The notes beneath the pieces are model-generated. The model was not told the DNA's origin and searched no databases. It saw only the letters and a list, made by a program, of their open reading frames with translations. The translations under genes were made by a program, and so were the position numbers. From a bacterium (lineage in GTDB: Bacteria > Zhuqueibacterota > Zhuqueibacteria > Residuimicrobiales > Krinioviventaceae): DNA of 64,000 nt. The stretch spans positions 2,624,001 through 2,688,000 of the forward strand of contig OY843751.1 in NCBI GenBank assembly GCA_963693055.1. Reading direction: 5' to 3'. Within the stretch, counting starts at the first letter, position 1; each line of letters opens with the position of its first letter. This document shows positions 10,913 to 21,079 of this stretch, piece by piece.

Positions 10913-11497
10913 ATGCTTAATGTCGTTGAAACGTTTAATCAATTTCTTGAACAGCAAATAGAGCTGTATGGTGACGACCTTGTAATTGACAAGGGTCTTT
11001 TAAATTCCCAAAACGAATTGATTGAAGAAAAAATTGAACAGGATGAGCCTTTTTGGGAAACAAAGGGTGATTCTTCTCAAAAAGCCTGGATTATCATAGA
11101 CGCTATAACCAGAGATGGGAATAATTATGCGTTTGATTTGAATGATAAGGCAGGTGATTTGTTTGTGAAAATATTAAAAGCCATCCAATTAACAGTAAAT
11201 GATTTGTTTATTATATCTATCGGTGATTTACGGAATGGTGTAGATATAGCAACAAATCGTGTTAATGAGCTTTTTGAAGATTCAAAACCAAAAGCGATTT
11301 TGTGTTTTGGAGACAATGCAACAAGAATATTTTTTAATACATTTGATGTTCAAAAGAGTCGGAACCAGGTTATAGACTATAAGGATGTTAAAGTTTTAAC
11401 TACTTTTCATCCTGCTAAATTACTTGAAACACCTGCGTTGAAACATGATACCTGGAAAGATGTTCAGGTATTTCAAAAATTGATAGATGCTGTATAA
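10913..11497 (+). CDS. Degenerate family-4 uracil-DNA-glycosylase-fold protein
   Basis: Retains AGDLFVKIL, KPKAILCFG and TFHPAKLL...KHDTWKD; lacks GEAPG and the Fe-S cysteines; stop codon abuts dnaB start (TAAATG). Confidence 0.7.
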   Translation: MLNVVETFNQFLEQQIELYGDDLVIDKGLLNSQNELIEEKIEQDEPFWETKGDSSQKAWIIIDAITRDGNNYAFDLNDKAGDLFVKILKAIQLTVNDLFIISIGDLRNGVDIATNRVNELFEDSKPKAILCFGDNATRIFFNTFDVQKSRNQVIDYKDVKVLTTFHPAKLLETPALKHDTWKDVQVFQKLIDAV

Positions 11498-12877
11498 ATG
11501 AGTGATGATCATACAATAACAAGAGTTCCACCCCAGGCTGTTGAAGCAGAAATGGCAGTTTTAGGTGGAATGATGATAGATAGTCAGGCAGCGAGTACTG
11601 TAATGGAAAAACTGCAGGATGATAGTTTTTATAAAGAGTCACATAAGAAAATTTTTCAAGCCGGTTTTTCTTTATATGAACGTAATGAACCAGTTGATCT
11701 GTTGACTGTATCAAATGAGCTTGAAAAACACCAAAGCCTTGAGGCTGTTGGTGGTCATTTTTATTTAACCGAACTTGTTGAGCGGATTCCTTCTGCGGCC
11801 AATATCGATTATTATTGTAATATTGTACGTGATAAGGGATTACTTCGGAAATTAATTACAATTTCCAATGATGTTCAGCAGGAATGCTATTCCGCGACTG
11901 ATGAGGCGATGGATGTTATTGACCGTGCTGAGCAGCAGATATTTGCAATATCTGATAATCGTGGAAGAAACCAGTTTGAACACATTGGTCCTATCATGCA
12001 TGAAACCATGGAAAAGATTGAAGGTTTTCATGAACATGACGGTGGTGTAACTGGTGTAACAATTGGTTTTAAAGATATGGATGAGATGCTGTCGGGATTT
12101 CAAAATTCTGATTTGATTATTCTTGCGGCGCGACCATCTATGGGAAAAACAGCTTTTGCTTTGAATATCGCCCGGAATGCTGCCATAAAGGGCAACACAC
12201 CGGTTGGTATTTTTAGTCTTGAAATGGCTTCTTATCAGTTGGTTATGCGTATGCTTTGTTCCGAAGCCAGAGTAGATTCTCATGCTGTTCGTACCGGTAG
12301 ATTGCCGGAAAATCAATGGCAAAATCTAAGTCGGGTTGCCGGACAACTGGCTGAAGCTCCAATATACATTGATGATACGCCAGGTATAAATATTATGGAA
12401 CTTCGTTCCAAAGCCAGGCGTCTCAAAGTTGAGCACGATATAGGTTTAATTGTGGTTGACTATTTGCAATTGTTACGTGGGGTAGGCAGGGTAGAAAGTC
12501 GTCAGATAGAGATTGCGCAAATATCTCAATCTTTGAAAAACCTTGCCAAAGAATTGGATATTCCGGTACTGTCTCTTTCTCAGCTTTCTCGTGCAGTTGA
12601 ATCTCGTGGTGGAGATCACAGACCCATGTTATCAGATTTACGTGAATCTGGTGCAATTGAGCAAGATGCAGATGTTGTAATGTTTATTTACAGACCAGCC
12701 GCATATGGAGTGGTAGAACCGGAACTGGAAAATGTAGCTGAAATCATTATAGCTAAACAACGTAACGGCCCGGTTGGTACGGTTGAACTTGTATTCTTGA
12801 GGGATTTCGTTCAATTTGCTGATAAGGATGTGCATCACGCACTTGAAGTTCCAACAATCAAGAGTGATCCATTCTAA
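11498..12877 (+). CDS. dnaB: Replicative DNA helicase
   Basis: PPQAVEAE, AARPSMGKT, VVDYLQL, LSQLSR, SDLRESGAIEQDAD; no intein. Confidence 0.98.
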   Translation: MSDDHTITRVPPQAVEAEMAVLGGMMIDSQAASTVMEKLQDDSFYKESHKKIFQAGFSLYERNEPVDLLTVSNELEKHQSLEAVGGHFYLTELVERIPSAANIDYYCNIVRDKGLLRKLITISNDVQQECYSATDEAMDVIDRAEQQIFAISDNRGRNQFEHIGPIMHETMEKIEGFHEHDGGVTGVTIGFKDMDEMLSGFQNSDLIILAARPSMGKTAFALNIARNAAIKGNTPVGIFSLEMASYQLVMRMLCSEARVDSHAVRTGRLPENQWQNLSRVAGQLAEAPIYIDDTPGINIMELRSKARRLKVEHDIGLIVVDYLQLLRGVGRVESRQIEIAQISQSLKNLAKELDIPVLSLSQLSRAVESRGGDHRPMLSDLRESGAIEQDADVVMFIYRPAAYGVVEPELENVAEIIIAKQRNGPVGTVELVFLRDFVQFADKDVHHALEVPTIKSDPF

Positions 12878-12895
12878 ATATATTATAGGTGTTTA

Positions 12896-15055
12896 ATGCA
12901 GAATGTCCAAAATATAAATCATTATACAAATGTGTTTGAAGGACTGCTGCAGCGTATAAAGCGATATAATCAAACTGCAGATCTTGATTTATTGCGAAAG
13001 GCGTTTGATTACAGTTTTCAAGCTCATATAGATCAAATCCGCAAGTCGGGTGAACCTTATTTTATTCACCCTCTTGAAGTTGCCAAGATTTTAACCGGTC
13101 TCAAAATGGATTATGAAACCATTGTCGGTGGCATTCTACATGATGTGGTTGAAGATACCAATATCAGCATAACGGATCTTGAAAATGAGTTTGGAACTAA
13201 TATTGCTGTTCTGGTTGACGGTGTTACAAAAATTTCGGAATTAAAGCTGTTGGGATTTGAAACCCAACAGTCTGAAAATTTCCGTAAAATGCTGTTATCT
13301 ATGGTCAAAGATATCAGAGTGATTTTGATAAAGTTTGCCGACCGTCTTCACAATATGCGAACCATTGACCATCTGCCTGAGCATAAGCGAAAAAGAATTG
13401 CTTTGGAAACGCGTGAAGTCTATGCTCCTTTGGCGCATCGTTTAGGTCTGGCAAAAATCAAATCAGAACTTGAAGATTTGTCTTTGAAAACTTTGGAACC
13501 CGATGTATATCAGGATCTTGCGAATCGTATTCAAACGACCAAGAATCAGCGTGAAATTGCAATACAACAGGTTACCAGACCTATTCGTAAAGCATTAGCA
13601 GAAGCAAAGATCTATGCACGGTTTGAAGGAAGAGCAAAGCACTTTTACAGTATATACAACAAGATCAATATACGGGGTGTTGCCTTTGAAGAGATTTTCG
13701 ATTTATTGGCCATCCGTATTATTGTTGAAAAAATGGAAGAATGCTATCATGCTTTGGGTATTGTGCACTCTATTTTTAATCCATTGCATGAAAGATTTAA
13801 AGATTATATAGCTACACCCAAGACCAATGGCTATCAGTCTATACACACAACGGTTATTGGGCCTGAGGGTAAAAAATTTGAAATACAGTTGCGTACCGAA
13901 CAGATGCATAGAACTGCTGAAGATGGTATTGCGGCACATTGGCGTTATAAAGAAGGTAAACTTCGAGAAGACGATCTGGACAAGCACTTAGTCTGGTTAA
14001 GACAGGTTTTAGATTTTGAAGATCCTGATTCAGATAAATCATCTTTTATGGAACATTTGAAAATTAATTTGTTCCAGGATGAGGTTTTTGTTTTTACGCC
14101 AAAAGGTGATTTACATAGATTGCCTGTTAAATCTACACCTGTTGATTTTGCTTTTTCTGTTCACACAGATGTAGGTTTACATACATTGGCAGCAAAAATT
14201 AATGGAAGAATTGTTCCATTAAGTTACGAACTGAAAAATGGTGATTCAGTAGAAATTATTACTTCTACAAATCAACGTCCTAATGAAGATTGGTTAAAGT
14301 TTGTAACTACCAGCAAAGCCAAAGGTAAAATTAAAAAATGGTTGAGAGACTCCAAGTTTGAAAGTAGTATAGAGCTTGGTGGCGAAATGCTATTAAAAGC
14401 TTTACGTAAATTTTCCATAAAGCTGAAAACAATCGATCTCAATGATATTGCTCAAAAGATGAAATTAAAAGATGAAAAAGATCTTTTAGCTTCAATTGGA
14501 CGTGGAGATACAAAGGTTGATACGGTACTACGACGTATTTTACCTGAAGATACACAAAAACCAACTGATACAAATGTTTTTTCAAAATTACTTGATAAAG
14601 CCCGCAAGTCGAGCAAAGGCATTCGGGTTGCGGGTATTGATAATGTAATGATCAGCTTTGGTAAATGTTGTAATCCTGTTCCTGGTGAACCTATTACGGG
14701 TATTGTCACAAAGGGAAGAGGAATTGTTGTTCATTCAAATAATTGTAACAATCTGCACAAGTTGATGCAGGAACCTGACAGAATTGTTGAAGTATCATGG
14801 GATGTTGACAAGAATAATCGTTTTCTTGCCGGATTATACATTCTTGGTGAACGAAAAAATAATTTGTTACCCAATTTGTCAGAAACCATCACAAAAGCCG
14901 ATTGTATTATAAGCAGCATTAAAATGACTTCAGAAGATTCTTTGGTTACTTGTATCTTGAGTATTGAAGTATACAATCTGGATCATTTAAAGCATGTTGT
15001 AACCCAGATCAATAAAATTGATGGTGTGATCTCGGTGAATAGATTCAACGAATGA
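12896..15055 (+). CDS. spoT: Bifunctional (p)ppGpp synthetase/hydrolase (long RSH: HD-SYNTH-TGS-ZFD-ACT)
   Basis: RKSGEPYFIHP, LHDVVED, RFKDYIATPKTNGYQSIHT, EIQLRT, TGS domain, CCNPVPG. Confidence 0.93.
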   Translation: MQNVQNINHYTNVFEGLLQRIKRYNQTADLDLLRKAFDYSFQAHIDQIRKSGEPYFIHPLEVAKILTGLKMDYETIVGGILHDVVEDTNISITDLENEFGTNIAVLVDGVTKISELKLLGFETQQSENFRKMLLSMVKDIRVILIKFADRLHNMRTIDHLPEHKRKRIALETREVYAPLAHRLGLAKIKSELEDLSLKTLEPDVYQDLANRIQTTKNQREIAIQQVTRPIRKALAEAKIYARFEGRAKHFYSIYNKINIRGVAFEEIFDLLAIRIIVEKMEECYHALGIVHSIFNPLHERFKDYIATPKTNGYQSIHTTVIGPEGKKFEIQLRTEQMHRTAEDGIAAHWRYKEGKLREDDLDKHLVWLRQVLDFEDPDSDKSSFMEHLKINLFQDEVFVFTPKGDLHRLPVKSTPVDFAFSVHTDVGLHTLAAKINGRIVPLSYELKNGDSVEIITSTNQRPNEDWLKFVTTSKAKGKIKKWLRDSKFESSIELGGEMLLKALRKFSIKLKTIDLNDIAQKMKLKDEKDLLASIGRGDTKVDTVLRRILPEDTQKPTDTNVFSKLLDKARKSSKGIRVAGIDNVMISFGKCCNPVPGEPITGIVTKGRGIVVHSNNCNNLHKLMQEPDRIVEVSWDVDKNNRFLAGLYILGERKNNLLPNLSETITKADCIISSIKMTSEDSLVTCILSIEVYNLDHLKHVVTQINKIDGVISVNRFNE

Positions 15056-15106
15056 TTTTCTTGAATTACGATAACTGAATTTCACATAACTTAAGGAGTC
15101 AAGTCA

Positions 15107-15442
15107 ATGACAACGCAAGTTACAAAAAGCACTATAACCAAAAAGGATGTTTCAAAACGAACAGCTAAAATTGTCAATGAAAAAATATATCTTACTGAAA
15201 AAGTAGTTGACGGTGTATTTCAAGCGCTTCGTGAATTTATGGCAGAAGCTGACCCGGAAGTTCGCATTGAAATCCGTGATTTTGGTGTTTTTGAAGTGAA
15301 AAAGACCAAACCCAAACCAAAAGCAAGAAATCCGAAAACTGGTGAAATTATTTACGTCCCCGCACGTAGAAAAACACATTTCAAAGCTGGCAAATTGTTA
15401 AAAGAAGTGTTAAAAACCCCTTTGGATGAATTGGAAGATTGA
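15107..15442 (+). CDS. HU/IHF family DNA-binding protein
   Basis: IEIRDFGVFEV...ARNPKTGEIIYVPARRKTHFKAGK. Confidence 0.92.
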   Translation: MTTQVTKSTITKKDVSKRTAKIVNEKIYLTEKVVDGVFQALREFMAEADPEVRIEIRDFGVFEVKKTKPKPKARNPKTGEIIYVPARRKTHFKAGKLLKEVLKTPLDELED

Positions 15443-15472
15443 TGAATTGCAAATTACGGGTTTGATTTTTTT

Positions 15473-15928
15473 ATGAATATGAATGTCCCATTGGGTCGGA
15501 TTTTAGCAATTGATTTTGGTGAAAAACGGATTGGTATTGCTGCCAGTGATCCGATGCAATCTCTGGCTTCAGCAATATGTACAATTGACAATACGCCTAA
15601 AAAGAAATTTGCAAAAATTGTTGATTTGGTACAGCAACATCAGATTGTTGCTATCGTTGTGGGAATGCCTTTCAATATGGATGGATCAATGGGGGATAAA
15701 GCTGTTTTGGTCCAACAATTTGTTGATAAACTAGAGCAAAGAGTGCCTAAAATTCCAGTATTTACCTGGGATGAAAGGATGACAACTATTAGTGCTGAAA
15801 ATATTTTGCATGATGTAGGTAAAGCTCCTTCTAAAAATAGACATATTATTGATCAGATCGCAGCTGAAGTAATATTAAAATCTTTTCTAGATAGGCTTGC
15901 TTTTATTAAACGTAATAGTTCTAGCTAG
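15473..15928 (+). CDS. ruvX: YqgF/RuvX family nuclease
   Basis: LAIDFGEKRIGIA.SD, WDERMTT, IDQIAA.VIL. Confidence 0.93.
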   Translation: MNMNVPLGRILAIDFGEKRIGIAASDPMQSLASAICTIDNTPKKKFAKIVDLVQQHQIVAIVVGMPFNMDGSMGDKAVLVQQFVDKLEQRVPKIPVFTWDERMTTISAENILHDVGKAPSKNRHIIDQIAAEVILKSFLDRLAFIKRNSSS

Positions 15929-15986
15929 TATTATAACGATCATTTGCATACAATTGTGTTATTGGATTTTCCTCAGAAGGATGTAG

Positions 15987-17555
15987 ATGAAAAAAAAACT
16001 TTTTCTTGCTATACTTACCGGTCTCTTGTTCGCTGCTGCATTACCACCTTTTAAAACCGGTTTTCTTGCTTACCTTGCACTGGTTCCTTTTTATTTTCAA
16101 TTAAAAGATCTGGGTATTAAAGATGCTTTTCGCTGGGGATATGTTACAGGTGTTTTTGTTGATATATTTACCTTGTTTTGGATCGCTTGGGTCACAAAAG
16201 CTGGTTTTTTTGGTGCTTTGTTAATTTTACCACTATATTTTAGTATTTATGCAGTTTTGCATGTGTATATAGTAATGAATTTAAAAAAATGGGCATATAT
16301 TATTTTACCATTTTTATGGGTGTTTATTGAATATATACAATCTGTGTCAGAAATTGCTTTCCCCTGGAACTATCTTGGATATACTCAATCCTATTATTTA
16401 CATTTTATACAAATTGCAGATATAACATCAGTTTTTGGTCTAAGTTTTTGGATTGCATGCTTGAATGTTCTTATCTATTTGTCAATTCTAAATCGTGATA
16501 AATTATCAGCTATTTTTCGCTTTGCTGCTATTTTTGTGATAATTTTCATCCTGCCTTTAATGTATGGTGTTTACAAATTTAAAACTTTTCATTCAAGTAA
16601 AAATAAAATCAAGGTTGCGCTTGTACAGGGCAATATTGATCCTTTTGAAAAATGGAACAGAGATCTAGAGGAATCACACTTTAATATTTATGCGGATCAT
16701 ACCGCAAAAGCCAGCTTGAATGATGCCGACCTGGTAATATGGCCTGAAACAGCAACCGCATTTTATTTACGCTATGAAGCTAAATATTTGCAGCGTGTAA
16801 GAGACATGTTGGATACAACCAAAACTGCATTAATAACCGGTTCTATCGATTTTAGTTACGATTCTACCAATGCCTTTATTTATTTCAATTCTGCACTTGG
16901 ATTTCAGCCCAATCTTCCTTATATTCAGCGATATTCGAAAATGATTTTGGTTCCTTTTTCTGAAAAAGTGCCTTATTTGAATTATTTTCCTTTTAATTTA
17001 TTGAAACATTTGTTATTTGACATGGAATTAGGTATAGGTAATTATACCAAAGGTGACAAATACAAGTTGTTTTCTTTTTCAACTCGCTCGATTTATGAAA
17101 AAGAGCCTTATGGCTATCGTTACAAGGTTGCTGTTCCTATTTGTTTCGAGTCTGTTTTTCCAAACCATATTCGATTGCTGACTCGCAAAGGTGCTGATAT
17201 GCTGGCAATTATTACTAACGATGCCTGGTTTGGCAAAACCACGGCTCCTTATCAGCATACACAGATTGCAGTTTTTCGGGCAATTGAAAACCGGATCCCG
17301 GTTGCACGTTGTGCCAATACAGGGATTTCATGCTTTATTGATCCCTTAGGTAGAGTTTCGGATCAAACTGAAATATTCAAAGTTGCAGATGCTGAAAAGG
17401 TTATTGAATTAAATAAAGTTGATACATTGTACAAAACATTTGGCAATATATTTGCTCAAATTGCATCGAGTATTGCTTTAATTGCAGCACTGTTTTCTAT
17501 TGCTTTGCATATTAAAAGTCGGGGGAGACGAATTAATAACTTGAACGTGAATTAG
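15987..17555 (+). CDS. lnt: Apolipoprotein N-acyltransferase
   Basis: Multiple TM segments; VQGNI, IWPETA, K..LVPFSE, ICFES, TNDAWFG, RCANTGIS. Confidence 0.96.
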   Translation: MKKKLFLAILTGLLFAAALPPFKTGFLAYLALVPFYFQLKDLGIKDAFRWGYVTGVFVDIFTLFWIAWVTKAGFFGALLILPLYFSIYAVLHVYIVMNLKKWAYIILPFLWVFIEYIQSVSEIAFPWNYLGYTQSYYLHFIQIADITSVFGLSFWIACLNVLIYLSILNRDKLSAIFRFAAIFVIIFILPLMYGVYKFKTFHSSKNKIKVALVQGNIDPFEKWNRDLEESHFNIYADHTAKASLNDADLVIWPETATAFYLRYEAKYLQRVRDMLDTTKTALITGSIDFSYDSTNAFIYFNSALGFQPNLPYIQRYSKMILVPFSEKVPYLNYFPFNLLKHLLFDMELGIGNYTKGDKYKLFSFSTRSIYEKEPYGYRYKVAVPICFESVFPNHIRLLTRKGADMLAIITNDAWFGKTTAPYQHTQIAVFRAIENRIPVARCANTGISCFIDPLGRVSDQTEIFKVADAEKVIELNKVDTLYKTFGNIFAQIASSIALIAALFSIALHIKSRGRRINNLNVN

Positions 17556-17559
17556 ACTT

Positions 17560-18576
17560 TTGAACAAGATTTTTATATTATTTTTGATTTTTTTGGCTAT
17601 TCCTGCTTTTGCAAATAGTCATCTATATAACATGACGCATACAATTAAATCGCATTCAATTGCAGTTGGTGATGCTTTTACTGCGGTAAGTGGTGGTTTA
17701 AATAGTACAATGTTTAATCCTGCAACATTGGGTTTAAATAAATTTACCAATACAGTCAAGTATAATTACTATTTAAATCCAACAGGTGCATATTCATTGA
17801 TTGATGAATATGGAGATATTTCAGATTCCAGAAATATGGAATCTATGGACTATGTACATCTGTTTGGTTCTGTTTTTAAAGGATTTACTTTTGCGCGCCC
17901 TGCATTTTCCGCTGCATTGGTATTATCTGAACCATTGATGAATTTAAACAGTTTATCAATTGAAGATAGAAACCGAATGATTTCCAGTAAATATCTGTTA
18001 GATAGTAATTATGATATTTTAACCTTAAAGTTGGAACTTGCTGAACAGATTGCAATTGGTGCGTCGGGATTTTTATTTACAACATCTGACGATAGTTCTT
18101 TTTCAAGACAGAACGGTACATCTTATGGAGTTTTTTTAAAACCCTATCCTTTCTTTGCTGTGGGTGTATGTTATTTTGATGTACCTAAAAATGTATCTGA
18201 AATTTTGTTTCAAAATAATAGATTGCTGGATGAGACAATTAATGTTGGTATTCAGTTTACTATTGAAAATCTAGCTGTAAATTTAGATGTTCGCAATGTT
18301 TCAGACGAAGAAAAACACAATATCCGTGAAGTTCATACAGGGCTGGAATACAGTATATTAAATGTAACCTCGCTTCGCTGTGGTTACTACTTTGAACAGG
18401 AAAATGATACACATGTATATTCAGCAGGATTAGGTCTTTTAAATAATAATTTTCTTCATTCAATTGAAAATTCTTTTTTAAATAATGATTTTGCCATTAA
18501 TTATGGTTTTCAATATCAAAAAGGCCCTCTGGATAATGTCTATTATCATTATCTGGGATTTTTATTGAGATTTTAG
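17560..18576 (+). CDS. Putative outer-membrane beta-barrel protein (divergent PorV/FadL-like)
   Basis: Signal peptide, AVGDAFTA...FNPATL motif, C-terminal aromatic residue (LLRF). Confidence 0.55.
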   Translation: MNKIFILFLIFLAIPAFANSHLYNMTHTIKSHSIAVGDAFTAVSGGLNSTMFNPATLGLNKFTNTVKYNYYLNPTGAYSLIDEYGDISDSRNMESMDYVHLFGSVFKGFTFARPAFSAALVLSEPLMNLNSLSIEDRNRMISSKYLLDSNYDILTLKLELAEQIAIGASGFLFTTSDDSSFSRQNGTSYGVFLKPYPFFAVGVCYFDVPKNVSEILFQNNRLLDETINVGIQFTIENLAVNLDVRNVSDEEKHNIREVHTGLEYSILNVTSLRCGYYFEQENDTHVYSAGLGLLNNNFLHSIENSFLNNDFAINYGFQYQKGPLDNVYYHYLGFLLRF

Positions 18577-18602
18577 GAACTTGAATCGTTATAAAAAGTT
18601 AA

Positions 18603-19220
18603 ATGAACGTATTTGTTAAAACAAGTTTTTTAATTTTATTTTTTGTGCAACTCTTGTTTGCTCAAATTAATGATGCTGTAACTTTAAATAATCTAGCTGT
18701 ATTTAAAGAACTCGTAAATAAAAGTTTAAATAAATTTATTGAATCTATAGATCACAAAAATTCTATTATTTTAAAAGTACAGGCACCAGATGATTTTAAA
18801 TGGATTTTTGAAGAACAGATTTCACGTTTTGTAAATGAAAAATCTATAGCTGCTGTATACAATTTTCCAAAGACGGACAGTATGCAATCTGCTCTTTTAC
18901 TCGATATAAAATTGCAAAAAAGTAAGATAGAGTACAAATCATACTCTTTTTTACCAAAAGATAAAATACTTAGAAGTATCTATTTGGATTATTATATTAA
19001 TTTAACTCAATCTAATAATAAAGTTATTTTATCAGAACAATATACAAATACATTTCAAGATACCATTAAAACAGACCAGATAAATCAATTACAGGATATT
19101 AATTATCCCTTTACAGTAGGTAAAAAACAAAGTAAAATAAAAAATATATTTGAACCTTTATTGATTATGTCGGTAACCGGAACAATTGTTTATATTTTTT
19201 ATGCATTCAGGAGTAAATAG
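18603..19220 (+). CDS. Hypothetical exported protein with C-terminal membrane anchor
   Basis: N-terminal signal peptide; C-terminal TM (EPLLIMSVTGTIVYIFYAFRSK); upstream of bamD. Confidence 0.7.
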   Translation: MNVFVKTSFLILFFVQLLFAQINDAVTLNNLAVFKELVNKSLNKFIESIDHKNSIILKVQAPDDFKWIFEEQISRFVNEKSIAAVYNFPKTDSMQSALLLDIKLQKSKIEYKSYSFLPKDKILRSIYLDYYINLTQSNNKVILSEQYTNTFQDTIKTDQINQLQDINYPFTVGKKQSKIKNIFEPLLIMSVTGTIVYIFYAFRSK

Positions 19221-19239
19221 AAACAGGGACAAACCACTT

Positions 19240-20043
19240 ATGAATTTTAAAAATTTAACTACATTACTTGTACTTTTGCTTTCAATTTTATTTTTGTCAG
19301 CATGTGGATCAAAGAAATTAAAGCCCAATCTTCCTATTGAAGAGCGGATGAAGCTTGCTATTGAAATGTTTGAAAAAGAAGATTATTACGATGCCAAAAC
19401 TCAGTTCAGAATTGTTACGTTGAGTTATAGTGGACATGCAATGGCTGATAAAGCACAGTTTTATTTAGCAGAATGTCATTTCAATGAAAAGGAATACATC
19501 CTTTCTGCGAGTGAATACGAGAGATTGATCAAAGTTTTTCCGAATTCCGAATATGTTGATGATGCCAAATATAAACTTGGCAAAAGTTACAGTATGCTTG
19601 CACCCAATCCCGCATTAGATCAAGAGTATACTGAAAAAGCAATCAAGGAATATCAGGAATTTCTTGAAGATTATTATTTCAGCCCATTGGTTGAAACTGT
19701 TGAAAAAGAACTTGCCACAGCAAAAAACAAGATGGCCAAAAAATTATATGATGCTGCAACCCAATACCGAAAAATGAGTCAATCTCGTGCAGCTATAATA
19801 TATTTTAACAAAGTTCTTGAAGGATATTATGAATCTGATTATGCACCATTAGCCCAGTATTGGATTGGTGAATGTCATAAACGTTTAAAAGAATATACCG
19901 AAGCACGCGATGCTTATAATGCATTTATTGAGAAATATCCCAAACATGATTTAATCTCAAAAGCCAGAGATCGGCTTGAAGATATTCAAAATGAAATTGT
20001 CAAACAGGAAAACGAATCTGATAAAGGAGATACAAATACTTGA
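19240..20043 (+). CDS. bamD: Outer membrane protein assembly factor BamD
   Basis: Lipobox LSAC, TPR repeats, LDQEYTEKAIKEYQEF; start placed at ATG 19240 after the upstream stop. Confidence 0.88.
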   Translation: MNFKNLTTLLVLLLSILFLSACGSKKLKPNLPIEERMKLAIEMFEKEDYYDAKTQFRIVTLSYSGHAMADKAQFYLAECHFNEKEYILSASEYERLIKVFPNSEYVDDAKYKLGKSYSMLAPNPALDQEYTEKAIKEYQEFLEDYYFSPLVETVEKELATAKNKMAKKLYDAATQYRKMSQSRAAIIYFNKVLEGYYESDYAPLAQYWIGECHKRLKEYTEARDAYNAFIEKYPKHDLISKARDRLEDIQNEIVKQENESDKGDTNT

Positions 20044-20615
20044 GAATTTGCCTGTATGGCGGTACCTATGATCCAATTCATAATGCTCATTTAACCATTG
20101 CAGAGTGTGCTGTTGAACAACTATTTCTTGATGAACTTGTCTTTATGCCTTCTGCAATTTCCCCACACAAAACCAGACAAACAGTTGCAAAGTCCGATGC
20201 AAGATTGTTAATGGTGCAAACAGCAATAAAATCATACCCTGCTTTTTCAGCTTCTGATTATGAGATGAAAAAACAGGGTATTTCTTTTACTGTAGAAACT
20301 GTAGAGCATCTTGCTATTTTGTATAATGTTAGCCGTGATGATTTTTTTATGCTTATTGGTGAAGACAATTACAAGGATTTTGAAAAGTGGAGGGAGCCTG
20401 AAAAAATTCTTGAATTGTGTACTCCGGTTGTTGCTGCCCGTCCTGGATTTTCCAAGTATAGCATACAAAGTAAAGAATTTTTATTTCTGGATTCCCCCTT
20501 GATGGATATCTCTTCAACGAAAATACGTAATCGTGTAAAGAAGAATCAGCCCATTGATGAGCTTGTACCCAATTCTGTAGCAGAGATTATTTATAAATAT
20601 AAACTTTATTTATAA
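20040..20615 (+). CDS. nadD: Nicotinate-nucleotide adenylyltransferase
   Basis: GGTYDPIHNAH, SPHK, IGEDN, ISSTKIR. Confidence 0.95.
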   Translation: MRICLYGGTYDPIHNAHLTIAECAVEQLFLDELVFMPSAISPHKTRQTVAKSDARLLMVQTAIKSYPAFSASDYEMKKQGISFTVETVEHLAILYNVSRDDFFMLIGEDNYKDFEKWREPEKILELCTPVVAARPGFSKYSIQSKEFLFLDSPLMDISSTKIRNRVKKNQPIDELVPNSVAEIIYKYKLYL

Positions 20616-20926
20616 TCTTGGTCTTGTTTACCCATTGTGTTCAAGTGATCATTTATTTCTGTTAGTGTATTATTGAATTGGAGTGGGTGACTGCGATAAT
20701 ACTCGATCACTTTAACAAATTCTTTTTCATCCATATCGAACTTGATCAGTGATGAATCCAAGAGTTCTTCTTTGGGAGTATTCAGTGAATCCAGTTGAAT
20801 TTTTTCAAGATAATAGGTGTATACCAGCAATCCCTTTTCTATCAATTCTTCAGGCATTGTTTTATCAATAGTAGGTTTTGAGCAAAAAATAAATACAAAA
20901 AATAGTAGAATAGTATATCGTTTCAT
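20606..20926 (-). CDS. Small lipoprotein, DUF4296-like
   Basis: Lipobox-like FIFC; C-terminal KFDMDEKEFVKVIEYYRSHP resembles DUF4296. Confidence 0.55.
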   Translation of the reverse strand: MKRYTILLFFVFIFCSKPTIDKTMPEELIEKGLLVYTYYLEKIQLDSLNTPKEELLDSSLIKFDMDEKEFVKVIEYYRSHPLQFNNTLTEINDHLNTMGKQDQDYK

Positions 20927-21040
20927 TTATTATCCTTGTTTATATCTTTATAAATTAGAAAATAAATAATAAAAATCCAATAGCATTTCTTTGCTTGATT
21001 TTTAACAATTTATTTGATAATTTTAAAACTTGATGTTAAC

Positions 21041-21064
21041 AGCGCCGATTTATCGGCGCTTTTT
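21041..21064 (+). terminator. Terminator-like hairpin just upstream of radA
   Basis: AGCGCCGAT-TT-ATCGGCGCT followed by TTTT. Confidence 0.55.
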
Positions 21065-21079
21065 GTATGAAAAATCCAA

